Below, piece by piece: positions 8,361 to 17,990 of a stretch of 40,771 nucleotides of DNA; the stretch's first letter is position 1; every line of letters begins with the position of its first letter. The DNA comes from Actinomycetes bacterium (lineage in GTDB: Bacteria; Actinomycetota; Actinomycetes; S36-B12): contig JBAWXR010000002.1 in NCBI GenBank assembly GCA_037143955.1, positions 1-40,771 of the forward strand. Reading direction: 5' to 3'. The notes below the pieces were generated by a model. It had not been told where the DNA came from. It searched no databases and saw only the letters and a program-made list of their open reading frames with translations. A program made the position numbers and the translations under genes.

Positions 8361-10364
8361 ATGAATGCACGAAAGCTTCTGCGCGGGCCGATCTTCTGGA
8401 TCGTGCTCGCGGTCATGCTGGTGCTTCTCGGTTCCAGTCTGGTCTCTGGAGTGGGCTCTCCCAGTCAGGTCGACACGGGCAAGGCCATTGCGGACATCCA
8501 GAGCGGTCAGGTCGACACCGCGACCATCGTCGATCGCGATCAGACCCTCGACCTCACACTCAAGGACGGGTCCAAGGTCCGCACGCAGTATGTGACCGGC
8601 CAGGGCATCGTCCTGCAGCAGCAGCTCCAGACCAAGGCCGACGCGGGCCAGCTTCCCGGTGGCTACAACGTCGTGGTTCCCAGCGACAACGTGCTGCTGT
8701 CGCTGCTGGTCTCCCTGCTTCCTGTCGCTTTGATCATCCTGCTGTTCTTCTTCTTGATGGGCCAGATGCAAGGTGGCGGCTCGCGCATCATGAACTTCGG
8801 CAAGTCCAAGGCGAAGGTCGTGTCCAAGGACATGCCCAAGACAACCTTCGCCGATGTGGCCGGTGCCGATGAAGCGGTCGAGGAGCTCGAGGAGATCAAG
8901 GACTTCCTTGCATCTCCGGAGAAGTTCCAGGCGGTTGGCGCCAAGATCCCCAAGGGCGTCCTTCTGTACGGCCCTCCGGGAACGGGCAAGACGTTGCTTG
9001 CGCGGGCGGTTGCCGGCGAAGCCGGAGTGCCGTTCTTCTCCATCTCCGGATCAGACTTCGTCGAGATGTTCGTCGGCGTGGGTGCGAGCCGCGTGCGCGA
9101 CCTGTTCGAGCAGGCGAAGCAGAATGCTCCGGCCATCATCTTCATCGACGAGATCGATGCCGTGGGACGTCACCGAGGTGCGGGCCTGGGCGGCGGTCAT
9201 GACGAACGCGAACAGACCCTCAATCAGATGCTGGTCGAGATGGACGGATTCGACGTCAAGCAGAACGTCATCCTCATCGCCGCCACCAACCGACCCGACA
9301 TCCTCGACCCTGCATTGCTGCGCCCGGGTCGATTCGATCGTCAGATCGCCGTCGAGCGCCCCGACCTCAACGGTCGTTTCGCGATTCTCAAGGTGCACGC
9401 CACCGGAAAGCCGATGGCACCCGAGGTCGACCTCATGGCGGTTGCCCGTCGCACACCCGGCTTCACCGGCGCCGACCTCGCCAACGTCCTCAACGAGGCC
9501 GCATTGCTGACCGCCCGCACCAATCGCACGACCGTCGACGACGAGGCCCTCGACGAAGCCATCGATCGCGTTATCGCCGGACCGCAGAAGCGCACACGCA
9601 TCATGGACGACAGCGAGAAGAAGATCACCGCGTACCACGAGGCCGGACACGCGCTGGTCGCCGCGGCTCTGCCCGGCAACGATCCGGTGCACAAGATCAC
9701 GATCCTGCCGCGCGGGCGTGCGCTCGGGTACACGATGGTGCTGCCCGAGCAGGACAAGTACTCGACAACTCGCAGTCAGATGCTCAACCAGCTTGCGTAC
9801 ATGCTTGGTGGACGTGCTGCCGAGGAGCTGATCTTCCACGATCCGACGACCGGCGCCTCCAACGACATCGAGAAGGCCACGGCTGTCGCGCGCGCCATGG
9901 TCACGCAGTACGGCATGACCGAGCGCCTCGGTGCCATCAAGTACGGGCAGGAGCAGGGCGAAGTCTTCCTCGGTCGCGACTATGGACACCAGCGCGATTA
10001 CTCCGAGCAGGTGGCTGCTGCGATCGATGAGGAAGTGCGGGCGTTCATCGAGTCGGCGCACCAGGAGGCGTACGACGTCCTCATCGCCAACCGCGACGTC
10101 CTCGACGCCATGGTTCTCGCCCTGCTTGAGCGCGAAACGCTCGACAAGGCCGAGATCGAAGAAGTCTTCGCGTCCCTGCAGTTGCGCGAACCACGTCCGG
10201 CATGGACCGGGTCCTCGCGTCGTCGTCCCGACGATCGTGGCCCGGTGTCTACTCCGGCCGAACTCGCCAGCCGCAACGGCAATGCCATGCATGCCATCGA
10301 CGGTTCGTCCGCCATTCCTGACGGTTCGCCGGATGCGGCACCCGAGGCGAGTGGCACGGTATGA
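8361..10364 (+). CDS. ftsH: ATP-dependent zinc metalloprotease FtsH
   Basis: Two N-terminal TM segments. Walker A GPPGTGKT, Walker B IIFIDEID, and zinc motif HEAGHAL. Confidence 0.97.
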   Translation: MNARKLLRGPIFWIVLAVMLVLLGSSLVSGVGSPSQVDTGKAIADIQSGQVDTATIVDRDQTLDLTLKDGSKVRTQYVTGQGIVLQQQLQTKADAGQLPGGYNVVVPSDNVLLSLLVSLLPVALIILLFFFLMGQMQGGGSRIMNFGKSKAKVVSKDMPKTTFADVAGADEAVEELEEIKDFLASPEKFQAVGAKIPKGVLLYGPPGTGKTLLARAVAGEAGVPFFSISGSDFVEMFVGVGASRVRDLFEQAKQNAPAIIFIDEIDAVGRHRGAGLGGGHDEREQTLNQMLVEMDGFDVKQNVILIAATNRPDILDPALLRPGRFDRQIAVERPDLNGRFAILKVHATGKPMAPEVDLMAVARRTPGFTGADLANVLNEAALLTARTNRTTVDDEALDEAIDRVIAGPQKRTRIMDDSEKKITAYHEAGHALVAAALPGNDPVHKITILPRGRALGYTMVLPEQDKYSTTRSQMLNQLAYMLGGRAAEELIFHDPTTGASNDIEKATAVARAMVTQYGMTERLGAIKYGQEQGEVFLGRDYGHQRDYSEQVAAAIDEEVRAFIESAHQEAYDVLIANRDVLDAMVLALLERETLDKAEIEEVFASLQLREPRPAWTGSSRRRPDDRGPVSTPAELASRNGNAMHAIDGSSAIPDGSPDAAPEASGTV

Positions 10365-10972
10365 CCGGTGTCGATGCCGTGTCTTTGCCTGACGACCGGC
10401 CGACTGGTCCTGTCGATATCGACGCTGCTGCACGCGCCGTACGCGATCTCCTCATCGCCGTGGGGGAGGACCCGGATCGCGAGGGTCTCGTCAACACCCC
10501 TGACCGAGTCGCACGCATGTTCGCCGAGACGCTCTCTGGTTCGCAACTGCGAGCCGACGACGTCCTCACCACAACGTTCGACATCGGCCACGAGGAGCTC
10601 GTCCTCGTCAAAGACATTGAGCTCTACAGCACCTGCGAGCACCACATGGTGCCGTTCCACGGCGTCGCCCACGTGGGCTACATCCCGGGTGCCGATGGCC
10701 GCATCGCCGGCTTGTCCAAGCTTGCCCGCGTGGTTGATGTGTTCGCCCGACGCCTGCAGGTACAGGAGCGTCTGACCACTCAGGTGGCCGACGCGCTCGT
10801 GCGACTGCTGGATCCCCGCGGAGTCATCGTGGTCATTGAAGCCGAGCACCTGTGCATGTCGATGCGAGGAGTTCGCAAGGCTGGCTCGCGCACGATGACC
10901 AGTGCGGTACGCGGGGCACTTCGCAACCCGGCGACGCGCGCGGAGGCGATGTCCCTCATCCTGGGGCGTTGA
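10361..10972 (+). CDS. folE: GTP cyclohydrolase I
   Basis: [12 protein letters not shown] motif. ATGA overlap with the ftsH stop. Confidence 0.95.
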   Translation: MTGVDAVSLPDDRPTGPVDIDAAARAVRDLLIAVGEDPDREGLVNTPDRVARMFAETLSGSQLRADDVLTTTFDIGHEELVLVKDIELYSTCEHHMVPFHGVAHVGYIPGADGRIAGLSKLARVVDVFARRLQVQERLTTQVADALVRLLDPRGVIVVIEAEHLCMSMRGVRKAGSRTMTSAVRGALRNPATRAEAMSLILGR

Positions 10973-11826
10973 TGCTCGCGGGTCTGCCTCCTTCACTTGC
11001 GTCGCTTCGTCGCACCGCGGTGATGGGGATCGTCAATGTCACCCCGGACTCCTTCTCCGATGGTGGGCGCTACGCCACGACGCAGACTGCGATCGACCAC
11101 GGGCTGCGACTGTGGAACGAGGGTGCCGACCTCATCGATGTGGGCGGAGAGTCGACGCGACCCCATGCCCAGGCTGTCTCGATCGCGCAGGAGCAGGATC
11201 GCGTGCTGCCGGTGGTGGAAGGACTGGTCGCGGCAGGAGTCGTCGTCAGCATCGACACCATGCACGCGCAGACGGCTCGCGCGGCGGTGCAGGCGGGTGC
11301 AACTCTCGTGAACGACGTGAGTGGTGGGTTGGCCGATCCGCAGATGCTGAGCGCAATGGCCGATCTTCAGGTGCTATGCATTCTCATGCACTGGCGTACC
11401 GGCCCCCAGGGCCTCACCCATGAGGCGCACTACCGCGACGTGGTTGCCGAGGTCACCGCCGAACTTGCCCAGCGCGTCGATTTCGCCATTGCCGCAGGTG
11501 TTTCTCCGTCGCGCATCGCCCTTGATCCTGGACTGGGCTTTGCCAAGGAGGCGCAGCACAACTGGGCTGTCCTGCGCGGCTTGACCGAGATCATGACGTT
11601 GGGCTATCCGTTCGTGGTGGGCGCATCGCGCAAGAGGTTTCTTGGCTCGCTGCTCGCAGACTCGGATGGCACGCCTCGGCACTCAGACCTCCGCGAAGCG
11701 GCCACCACCTCTATCTCGGCACTGTGCGCGATGCAGGGTGTCTGGGCAGTGCGGGTGCACGATGTCTCCGGGAGCAGGGATGCTGTGCGAGTGGCATCGG
11801 CGTGGAGAGGTGATGACGGTGCCTGA
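10972..11826 (+). CDS. folP: Dihydropteroate synthase
   Basis: GIVNVTPDSFSDGG motif. The ATG at 10972 overlaps the folE TGA by one nucleotide. The ORF-track start at 10852 lies inside folE. Confidence 0.9.
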   Translation: MLAGLPPSLASLRRTAVMGIVNVTPDSFSDGGRYATTQTAIDHGLRLWNEGADLIDVGGESTRPHAQAVSIAQEQDRVLPVVEGLVAAGVVVSIDTMHAQTARAAVQAGATLVNDVSGGLADPQMLSAMADLQVLCILMHWRTGPQGLTHEAHYRDVVAEVTAELAQRVDFAIAAGVSPSRIALDPGLGFAKEAQHNWAVLRGLTEIMTLGYPFVVGASRKRFLGSLLADSDGTPRHSDLREAATTSISALCAMQGVWAVRVHDVSGSRDAVRVASAWRGDDGA

Positions 11827-12184
11827 CCGCATCTGTGTCACAGGTATCCGGGGCACGGGCTATCACGGTGTGCTCGAGCGCGAGCGGATAGAGGGGCAAG
11901 AGTTCAGTGTCGATGTGACGCTCAATGTCGACACACATGCGCTCGCAGCGTCAGACGATCTTGCAGACACCGTCGACTACAGCACGGTGGCCGAAGCGGT
12001 TCACGCTTTCATCGTCGGACCGCCGATGGCGCTCATCGAGACACTCGCCGTTCGCATTGCTGACCGATGCATGGAGTTCCCTAGAGTTCGCGGTGTGAGC
12101 GTCACCGTGCACAAGCCGCAGGCTCCGATTGTGGTGCCGTTCGACGACGTGAGTGTCACGATTGAGCGCGGTAGTGATGTCTGA
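11813..12184 (+). CDS. folB: Dihydroneopterin aldolase
   Basis: ICVTGIRGTGYHGVLERERIEGQEFSVDV motif. About 123 aa when started from the ATG at 11813. Confidence 0.88.
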   Translation: MTVPDRICVTGIRGTGYHGVLERERIEGQEFSVDVTLNVDTHALAASDDLADTVDYSTVAEAVHAFIVGPPMALIETLAVRIADRCMEFPRVRGVSVTVHKPQAPIVVPFDDVSVTIERGSDV

Positions 12185-12677
12185 ATCGGTCGCGAATCCT
12201 GACCTTGCGGTGTTGGGTTTGGGAGCAAATCTCGGTGATGCCGCTGCCACACTCGCCAACGCCATCACGGCGCTTCGTTCGCTCGAAGGCTTAGAGATCA
12301 TCGATGTCTCACCCACGTATCGCACGGCAGCCGTGGGTGGCCCCGAGCAACCGGACTACCTCAATCTCGTTGTGCTCGCGCGCACCAATCTGACACCGCT
12401 CGAGCTTCTCGATGCCACGTCGGCCATTGAGCAGGCGGCTGGCCGCACCCGCGAGGTGCACTGGGGTCCGAGAACGCTGGATATCGATCTCATCATTGTG
12501 GGAGATCACGTGAGCTCGACCGAGGTTCTGACGCTGCCGCATCCCCGGGCGCACGAGCGTGCATTCGTGCTGTTGCCGTGGCTCGATGTTGATCCGCAGG
12601 CCACCGTCCCTGGCCTCGGGCCGGTGGCCGACCTTCTCACTCGTGTCCGTGATCAACGTGCGGATCGAGTCGCGTGA
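12177..12677 (+). CDS. folK: 2-amino-4-hydroxy-6-hydroxymethyldihydropteridine diphosphokinase
   Basis: HWGPRTLDIDLI and LPHPRAHERAFVLLPW motifs. The start overlaps the end of folB. Confidence 0.9.
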   Translation: MSESVANPDLAVLGLGANLGDAAATLANAITALRSLEGLEIIDVSPTYRTAAVGGPEQPDYLNLVVLARTNLTPLELLDATSAIEQAAGRTREVHWGPRTLDIDLIIVGDHVSSTEVLTLPHPRAHERAFVLLPWLDVDPQATVPGLGPVADLLTRVRDQRADRVA

Positions 12678-13147
12678 TGAGACCCACACCTATCCGCCTG
12701 CTTGTTGCCCTGGGTGTTGTCGCCGGGTCGCTGGGGTGGGCCGTAGTCGTCCTGATTCATGCCCTCGCCGGGCGGGTTGTACTCGTGCCCTGGCTCGCGG
12801 CGGGTGCCATGTGGCTCGTGGCGGGGGGGCTGTTCATCTGGACAGTGACCGTGCGCCCCAGATTGCAGCGCAAACCGGGTACTCGTCCGTTGGCCCCCAT
12901 TGTCGCTGCGCGTACGGCGGTGCTGGCGATCGCGGCCGCTCGCATTGGATCACTCGTCGCTGGTTTCTACGCGGGTGTGGTCATCGGGGTGATCCCGTTG
13001 TTCGGCACGATCAGTGGAGCTGAAAGCTTCTGGGCGGCCCTGTCGACGAGCGTTGGGTCGCTCATCGTCGCCATCGTCGCCCTGTGGCTGGAGCACATCT
13101 GCCGTCTACCCGTGGGCCCCGGTGACGACGATAGGCTCGCGCCATGA
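12674..13147 (+). CDS. DUF3180-type integral membrane protein
   Basis: About four hydrophobic helices. It occupies the conserved position immediately after folK, as in other actinobacteria. GTGA overlap with the folK stop. Confidence 0.7.
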   Translation: MMRPTPIRLLVALGVVAGSLGWAVVVLIHALAGRVVLVPWLAAGAMWLVAGGLFIWTVTVRPRLQRKPGTRPLAPIVAARTAVLAIAAARIGSLVAGFYAGVVIGVIPLFGTISGAESFWAALSTSVGSLIVAIVALWLEHICRLPVGPGDDDRLAP

Positions 13148-13428
13148 GTGCACTTGAGGACCTGCCGTTCACCGAACTGCGTCATCGCGCCTTCGAGCGC
13201 GCCGAACACCACGTGGACCTCGGCTTCTTCGTCGACCTGTTTTCGCACATGCCAGGCATGGTGGCGATCGAAGGCGAAGGCGGTGACCTCGGATCGATCG
13301 GTGGAACGTTCATCGAGACTATTCGCGCGGCGCGTCAGATGTTCGGCGAAGACGAGCTCAACCCCGAGATGCAGGAACTCCTGCGCGTTCACTTCATCGA
13401 CTACCTGCGCAAGCACGGCGAGAAGTAG
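13144..13428 (+). CDS. Hypothetical small acidic protein (94 aa)
   Basis: ATGA overlap with the DUF3180 stop. Strong third-position GC bias consistent with coding sequence. No family recognised. Confidence 0.5.
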   Translation: MSALEDLPFTELRHRAFERAEHHVDLGFFVDLFSHMPGMVAIEGEGGDLGSIGGTFIETIRAARQMFGEDELNPEMQELLRVHFIDYLRKHGEK

Positions 13429-13431
13429 CCC

Positions 13432-14556
13432 TCAGCGGTCGATATCCCCGACCGACAGGAAGAACGACATCACTGCCGCAGCAAGATTGGGCATGGATGT
13501 GCCCACGAGCACGGGCCCCAGTGCCTGAGCGCTCGCGAAGGACGGCGTGCGCATCTTCAGGCGCCAGGGAGTTTTCTCACCTGCACTGACCAGTAGGCAG
13601 CCCACCTGTCCCAACGGCCCCTCGACGCTGGAGAGATAGGTGCCCTCGGGTACCCGCACCACCTTGGGGAGTGGCACATCGATCGGTCCGCGCATGTCGG
13701 ACAGACGATCGAGGCACGCGATCATGAGCCGAGCAGACACGGCGAGTTGATCGGTGAGAGCCGCGTAGCGCGCAGGTATGTCACCGACGGAGTAGTGCGG
13801 ATAGTCGAGAGCGTCGCTGAGATCGGCGTAGGCGAGGTAGGGCGTGTCTAGACGCACGTCACGAGGCAGGCCACTTGCTCGCCCCACAGGGCCGAACAAC
13901 GAGTACTGCACTGCCTGGGTGTAGGTCAGGGTTGCGACACCGTGATGTGCAGACGTGGACTCCGCCACCGTGAGGCTCACGCGATCGGCTACGGCACTGA
14001 TGTCTTGAGTGACCTGCCGGTACTGAGCAATGGTGGCGTCATCGAGATCACGTGCCACTCCGCCGATACGCGTGTGCATGGGGTGTACCCGACTGCCCGA
14101 AGCGGCCTCCTGCACGGACGTCAGATCAAGGGACAGCCGTCGGGCGGTGTCCGCGACCGTCGAATCGTGGAGGATTGGTAGAACGAATGACAATGTTGCT
14201 GCGGCGCGTGTTGCCTCGGCCATCAGCGTGCGAATCAGCGTTGCGCGTTCGGGCACCACGATCCCCATGGCGTTCTCGACCGCCAGGGCGATTGCCACCT
14301 CCGTGGAGAAAGCGGACATCCAGTCTTGGCGATCCGCAAGCATCATGAGTTGGCGGTAGTCGCGAGCCTCATACAGCTTCTCCATGCTGCGATGCATCAG
14401 CCCGATGCGCACATCCGCTCGGCTGATGACGTCATCGTCAACAGTGAGCATGATCTGAATTCCCGCCTGCGTTGACGGGTGACCATCCACCAAGGGAAGG
14501 GCCAGATCGCACGGCAGGTAGGCAGCGGTGCCCACACCCACCAGCACCCGCGTCAT
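13432..14556 (-). CDS. NuoD (complex I 49-kDa subunit)-like protein, orphan and divergent
   Basis: Collinear with NuoD/Nqo4 along its length: GHPSTQAGIQIML, RIGLMHRSMEKLYEARDY, ADRQDWMSAF, IVVPERATLIRTLMAE, and C-terminal SVGDIDR. A GGGAG RBS lies about 9 nt upstream of the ATG at 14556. Confidence 0.75.
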   Translation of the reverse strand: MTRVLVGVGTAAYLPCDLALPLVDGHPSTQAGIQIMLTVDDDVISRADVRIGLMHRSMEKLYEARDYRQLMMLADRQDWMSAFSTEVAIALAVENAMGIVVPERATLIRTLMAEATRAAATLSFVLPILHDSTVADTARRLSLDLTSVQEAASGSRVHPMHTRIGGVARDLDDATIAQYRQVTQDISAVADRVSLTVAESTSAHHGVATLTYTQAVQYSLFGPVGRASGLPRDVRLDTPYLAYADLSDALDYPHYSVGDIPARYAALTDQLAVSARLMIACLDRLSDMRGPIDVPLPKVVRVPEGTYLSSVEGPLGQVGCLLVSAGEKTPWRLKMRTPSFASAQALGPVLVGTSMPNLAAAVMSFFLSVGDIDR

Positions 14557-14608
14557 GGGGCGATGCTCCCACGAGCCGCTTTATCTGCTGCGGTCTACGC
14601 TCAGGCTC

Positions 14609-15487
14609 GTGACGTCACGTCCACGGCTACGCGTGGGGATTGTGGGTGCCGGCCGTGTCGGTGCCGTGCTGGGTGCAGCACTGCGCCGCGCGGGCCATGA
14701 CGTTGTTGCGGTCTCTGCCGTTTCTGATCTGTCTCGACTCAGGGCGGACGCGCTGCTGCCGGGTGTTGCGGTGCTCTCCGCACCCGAGGTCGCCGTCGAC
14801 GCTGACCTCGTGCTGCTCGCGGTCCCTGATGATGTCCTGCCGGGCTTGGTGTCAGCCCTGTGCGCCGACGGATCCATTCATGCCGGCCAGTTCGTCGTCC
14901 ATCCGTCTGGACGTTATGGCACCGATGTTCTTCTGCCAGCCCGCAAGGTGGGTGCAATTCCCCTCGCATTGCACCCGGTGATGACGTTCACGGGAACCAG
15001 TGTCGACCTTGCCAGGCTGGAGGACTGTCCGTTCGGTGTCACCTCGGATGAATCTGTACGACCTGTGGCCGAAGCCCTGGTCGTGGAGATGGGAGGTGAA
15101 CCCGTGTGGGTTCCTGAGCAGACTCGTGTCCTGTACCACGCAGCGGTGTCGTTCGGCGCGAACTATCTGATGGCCGTGGTCCGTGAGTCCATCGACCTGC
15201 TCACCCGAGCAGGGATGGAGCATCCCGAGCAACTCATGGCGCCACTGTTGTCCGCATCACTCGACAATGCTCTGCGTCACGGCGACAGTGCGCTCACGGG
15301 CCCGGTTGCCCGCGGTGACGCGCAGACGGTGGGTGAGCACCTTCGCCAGCTGCAGGCGCAGGCCCCGGCCGCTGCCGCGGCGTACCAGGCCCTCGCACGT
15401 CTCACCGCCGATCGGGCGATGGCCGCGGGTCTGCTGACGCCCGGTGATGCCGAACGACTACTCGACGTTCTGGCGAGCACCACGTGA
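14609..15487 (+). CDS. Rossmann-fold oxidoreductase, DUF2520 family (pan-operon associated)
   Basis: Dinucleotide-binding motif VGIVGAGRVGAVLG. Conserved position upstream of panC. I chose the GTG at 14609; a TACGCT -10-like hexamer ends 7 nt upstream, so the transcript may be leaderless. The ORF-track start at 14528 would overlap the divergent gene. Confidence 0.72.
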   Translation: MTSRPRLRVGIVGAGRVGAVLGAALRRAGHDVVAVSAVSDLSRLRADALLPGVAVLSAPEVAVDADLVLLAVPDDVLPGLVSALCADGSIHAGQFVVHPSGRYGTDVLLPARKVGAIPLALHPVMTFTGTSVDLARLEDCPFGVTSDESVRPVAEALVVEMGGEPVWVPEQTRVLYHAAVSFGANYLMAVVRESIDLLTRAGMEHPEQLMAPLLSASLDNALRHGDSALTGPVARGDAQTVGEHLRQLQAQAPAAAAAYQALARLTADRAMAAGLLTPGDAERLLDVLASTT

Positions 15488-16320
15488 GAGTCGTGCACAG
15501 CGCAGCGGACCTGCGCGATTCCGATCAGGAGTCACGTGCTGTCGTGATGACGATGGGCGCCTTGCACGAAGGGCACGCGGAACTCGTGCGCGAGGCACGT
15601 CGCATGGTGGGCCCCGCGGGAACCGTGATGGTGACCGATTTCGTCAACCCGACTCAGTTCGGGGCGGGGGAGGACTTCGATCGCTATCCGCGCACTCTTG
15701 AGCACGATGTGGCCATCTGTGCCGCGGCAGGTGCGGACATCGTCTTTGCACCCGAGGTCACCGAGGTCTACGGAAATGATTCGGGTTTTCGTTCGGACAG
15801 CATCACAATCAATCCGGGACCGCTGGGCGACATCCTCGAAGGTGCAACGAGAGCGGGCCACTTTCGCGGAACACTCACGGTGGTGGCCAAGCTCATGGGT
15901 CTCACGCGACCTGACCTCGCGCTCTTCGGCGAGAAGGATTATCAGCAGTTGGTCCTCATCTCTCACATGGTCACCGACCTCAGCCTGCCGGTTCGCGTCG
16001 TGGGCGTGCCGACGGTGCGTGAGGCAGACGGCCTGGCCATGAGCAGTCGCAACAGGTACCTCACGCAGGACGAACGACACATCGCGTCGTGCATTCCCGC
16101 GGCCGTCAAGGCTGCAGCGGCGGCTGCACCCGATGGCGTTGCGGTGGCCGTTGCGGCAGGTAAGAGCATGTTGCACTCGTCGGTGAAGCTGGATTACCTA
16201 GTGGTCACCGACGCTGACCTTGGTACGGCCCGCCCGGGACCGGGACGCGTCCTTATCGCCGCGCAGGTCGGTTCCACGCGATTGATCGACAACATGCCGT
16301 GCACAGTGGGGGGCGCATGA
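15484..16320 (+). CDS. panC: Pantoate-beta-alanine ligase
   Basis: MGALHEGH (HxGH) motif and FGEKDYQQ. GTGA overlap with the upstream gene. Confidence 0.93.
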   Translation: MRVVHSAADLRDSDQESRAVVMTMGALHEGHAELVREARRMVGPAGTVMVTDFVNPTQFGAGEDFDRYPRTLEHDVAICAAAGADIVFAPEVTEVYGNDSGFRSDSITINPGPLGDILEGATRAGHFRGTLTVVAKLMGLTRPDLALFGEKDYQQLVLISHMVTDLSLPVRVVGVPTVREADGLAMSSRNRYLTQDERHIASCIPAAVKAAAAAAPDGVAVAVAAGKSMLHSSVKLDYLVVTDADLGTARPGPGRVLIAAQVGSTRLIDNMPCTVGGA

Positions 16321-17990
16321 CCGTCCTCGATAACTGGTCGATGGGTGAACCCGCAGGGGTGGCGCGTCGATTGCTCGCACCCGAACCTGGGTGGACTGCG
16401 CGGGCTGATGCCATCGTCGTCGGCTCCGGTGTCGCAGGCCTGACGGCGGCGCTCCGATTGCGTGCGGCCGGCCGCACTGTCCTGCTCATCACGAAGGCGA
16501 AGATGCAGGAGGGCTCCACCGCGTGGGCGCAGGGGGGCATCGCGGCTGCGCTGGCCGACGATGATTCCCCGCAGGACCACTTCATCGACACGGTCGTTGC
16601 GGGTGCGGGTCTGTGCGATGAGGACGCCGTCTCAGTGCTGGTGACCGAAGGTCCCGAAGCTGTGCGCGAGCTCATCGCTCTGGGTGCGCACTTCGATACG
16701 GACGACACTGGAGCCATCGCGCTCACCCGCGAGGGGGGACACCTGCGCAGTCGCATCGCCCATGCGGGCGGCGACGCGACCGGCGCCGAGGTGTCTCGCG
16801 CGTTGGCAAGTGCGGTGCGGCGAGATCCAGGGATCGAAGTCGTCGAGAACGCGCTGGCCCTGGATCTTCTGCTCGACCAGACAGGCGCCGTTCAAGGAAT
16901 CACCTTGCACGTCATCGGCTCGGGGCAGCGTGACGGTGTAGGTGCAGCTCTCGCACCTGCGGTCATCCTGGCAACCGGTGGGTTCGGACAGGTCTTTGGT
17001 CAGACCACCAACCCGTATGTGTCCACGGGCGATGGTGTCGCGCTGGCGTTGCGTGCCGGAGCAGACGTGGCAGATCTGGAATTCGTTCAGTTCCATCCGA
17101 CAGTTCTGTGGCTGGGACCACTAGCCCGAGGGCAACAACCCCTTGTGTCGGAAGCCATTCGTGGAGAAGGCGCGGTACTCCTGGACACGCGCGGTGAACG
17201 ATTCATGGTGGGCGAACATCCGCTCGCCGAGCTGGCGCCGCGTGACGTCGTCGCCAAAGCAATCATGCGCCGCATGCGCGAGCAGGAAGCCGAGCATGTG
17301 TGGTTGGACGCGCGAGGTCTGGGTACCGACCTGCTCGTCCAGCGCTTCCCCACCATCATCGAGTCCTGCCGTCAACGCGGAATCGACCCGGTCACCGATC
17401 TCATTCCTGTCGCGCCCGCGCAGCACTATGTGTCGGGCGGGGTTCGTACCGACCTCAATGGGCGCGCGTCGATCACGGGTCTGTATGCCTGTGGCGAAGT
17501 TGCCTGCACCGGTGTTCATGGCGCCAACCGCCTTGCCTCGAACTCGTTGCTCGAGGGATTGGTGTTCGGCCGGCGGATCGTGCAGGCCGTTGCCGACGAC
17601 AACCTTCCCGTGCGCGAGCCGTTGGGTCTCGAAGGGACGCAGGCACTGCTCCCTCACCGGATCCGACGCGACCTCCAGCAGGTCATGAGTGCCGATGCAG
17701 GTGTCCTGCGCAGCGCGGTGTCCCTTGAGGACGCGCGACGTCAGCTCGCGGGTCTGGCAGAAGCCAGTGGCGCGAACCCGTCCACCGAGGACTGGGAAAC
17801 GACGAACCTTCACCAGCTGGCCACCGTGCTGGTGCACCATGCTCAATTGCGTGAGGAGACCCGTGGGTCACACTGGCGCGAGGATTTTCCTGACATCAAC
17901 GATCTCGATTGGCGCGTGCACCTGGTGACTCGAGTACAGCCCGATGGCACCTTGCAAACCCGCGCCGTTCCCACGGTGGAGCAGCCATGA
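16317..17990 (+). CDS. nadB: L-aspartate oxidase
   Basis: FAD-binding motif VVGSGVAGLTAAL, plus GLYACGEVACTGVHGANRLASNSLLEGLVFG. ATGA overlap with the panC stop. Confidence 0.92.
   Translation: MTVLDNWSMGEPAGVARRLLAPEPGWTARADAIVVGSGVAGLTAALRLRAAGRTVLLITKAKMQEGSTAWAQGGIAAALADDDSPQDHFIDTVVAGAGLCDEDAVSVLVTEGPEAVRELIALGAHFDTDDTGAIALTREGGHLRSRIAHAGGDATGAEVSRALASAVRRDPGIEVVENALALDLLLDQTGAVQGITLHVIGSGQRDGVGAALAPAVILATGGFGQVFGQTTNPYVSTGDGVALALRAGADVADLEFVQFHPTVLWLGPLARGQQPLVSEAIRGEGAVLLDTRGERFMVGEHPLAELAPRDVVAKAIMRRMREQEAEHVWLDARGLGTDLLVQRFPTIIESCRQRGIDPVTDLIPVAPAQHYVSGGVRTDLNGRASITGLYACGEVACTGVHGANRLASNSLLEGLVFGRRIVQAVADDNLPVREPLGLEGTQALLPHRIRRDLQQVMSADAGVLRSAVSLEDARRQLAGLAEASGANPSTEDWETTNLHQLATVLVHHAQLREETRGSHWREDFPDINDLDWRVHLVTRVQPDGTLQTRAVPTVEQP

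Noticed and set aside
9051-10433. 460-aa ORF on the - strand, antisense to ftsH and folE.
   Set aside because: This is an artefact of stop-codon scarcity in high-GC sequence. It has no recognisable motifs, and the sense genes are unambiguous.
12823-12829. G7 homopolymer inside the DUF3180 gene, considered as a possible phase-variation tract.
   Set aside because: A seven-base run is short and expected by chance at this GC content. The reading frame is intact.
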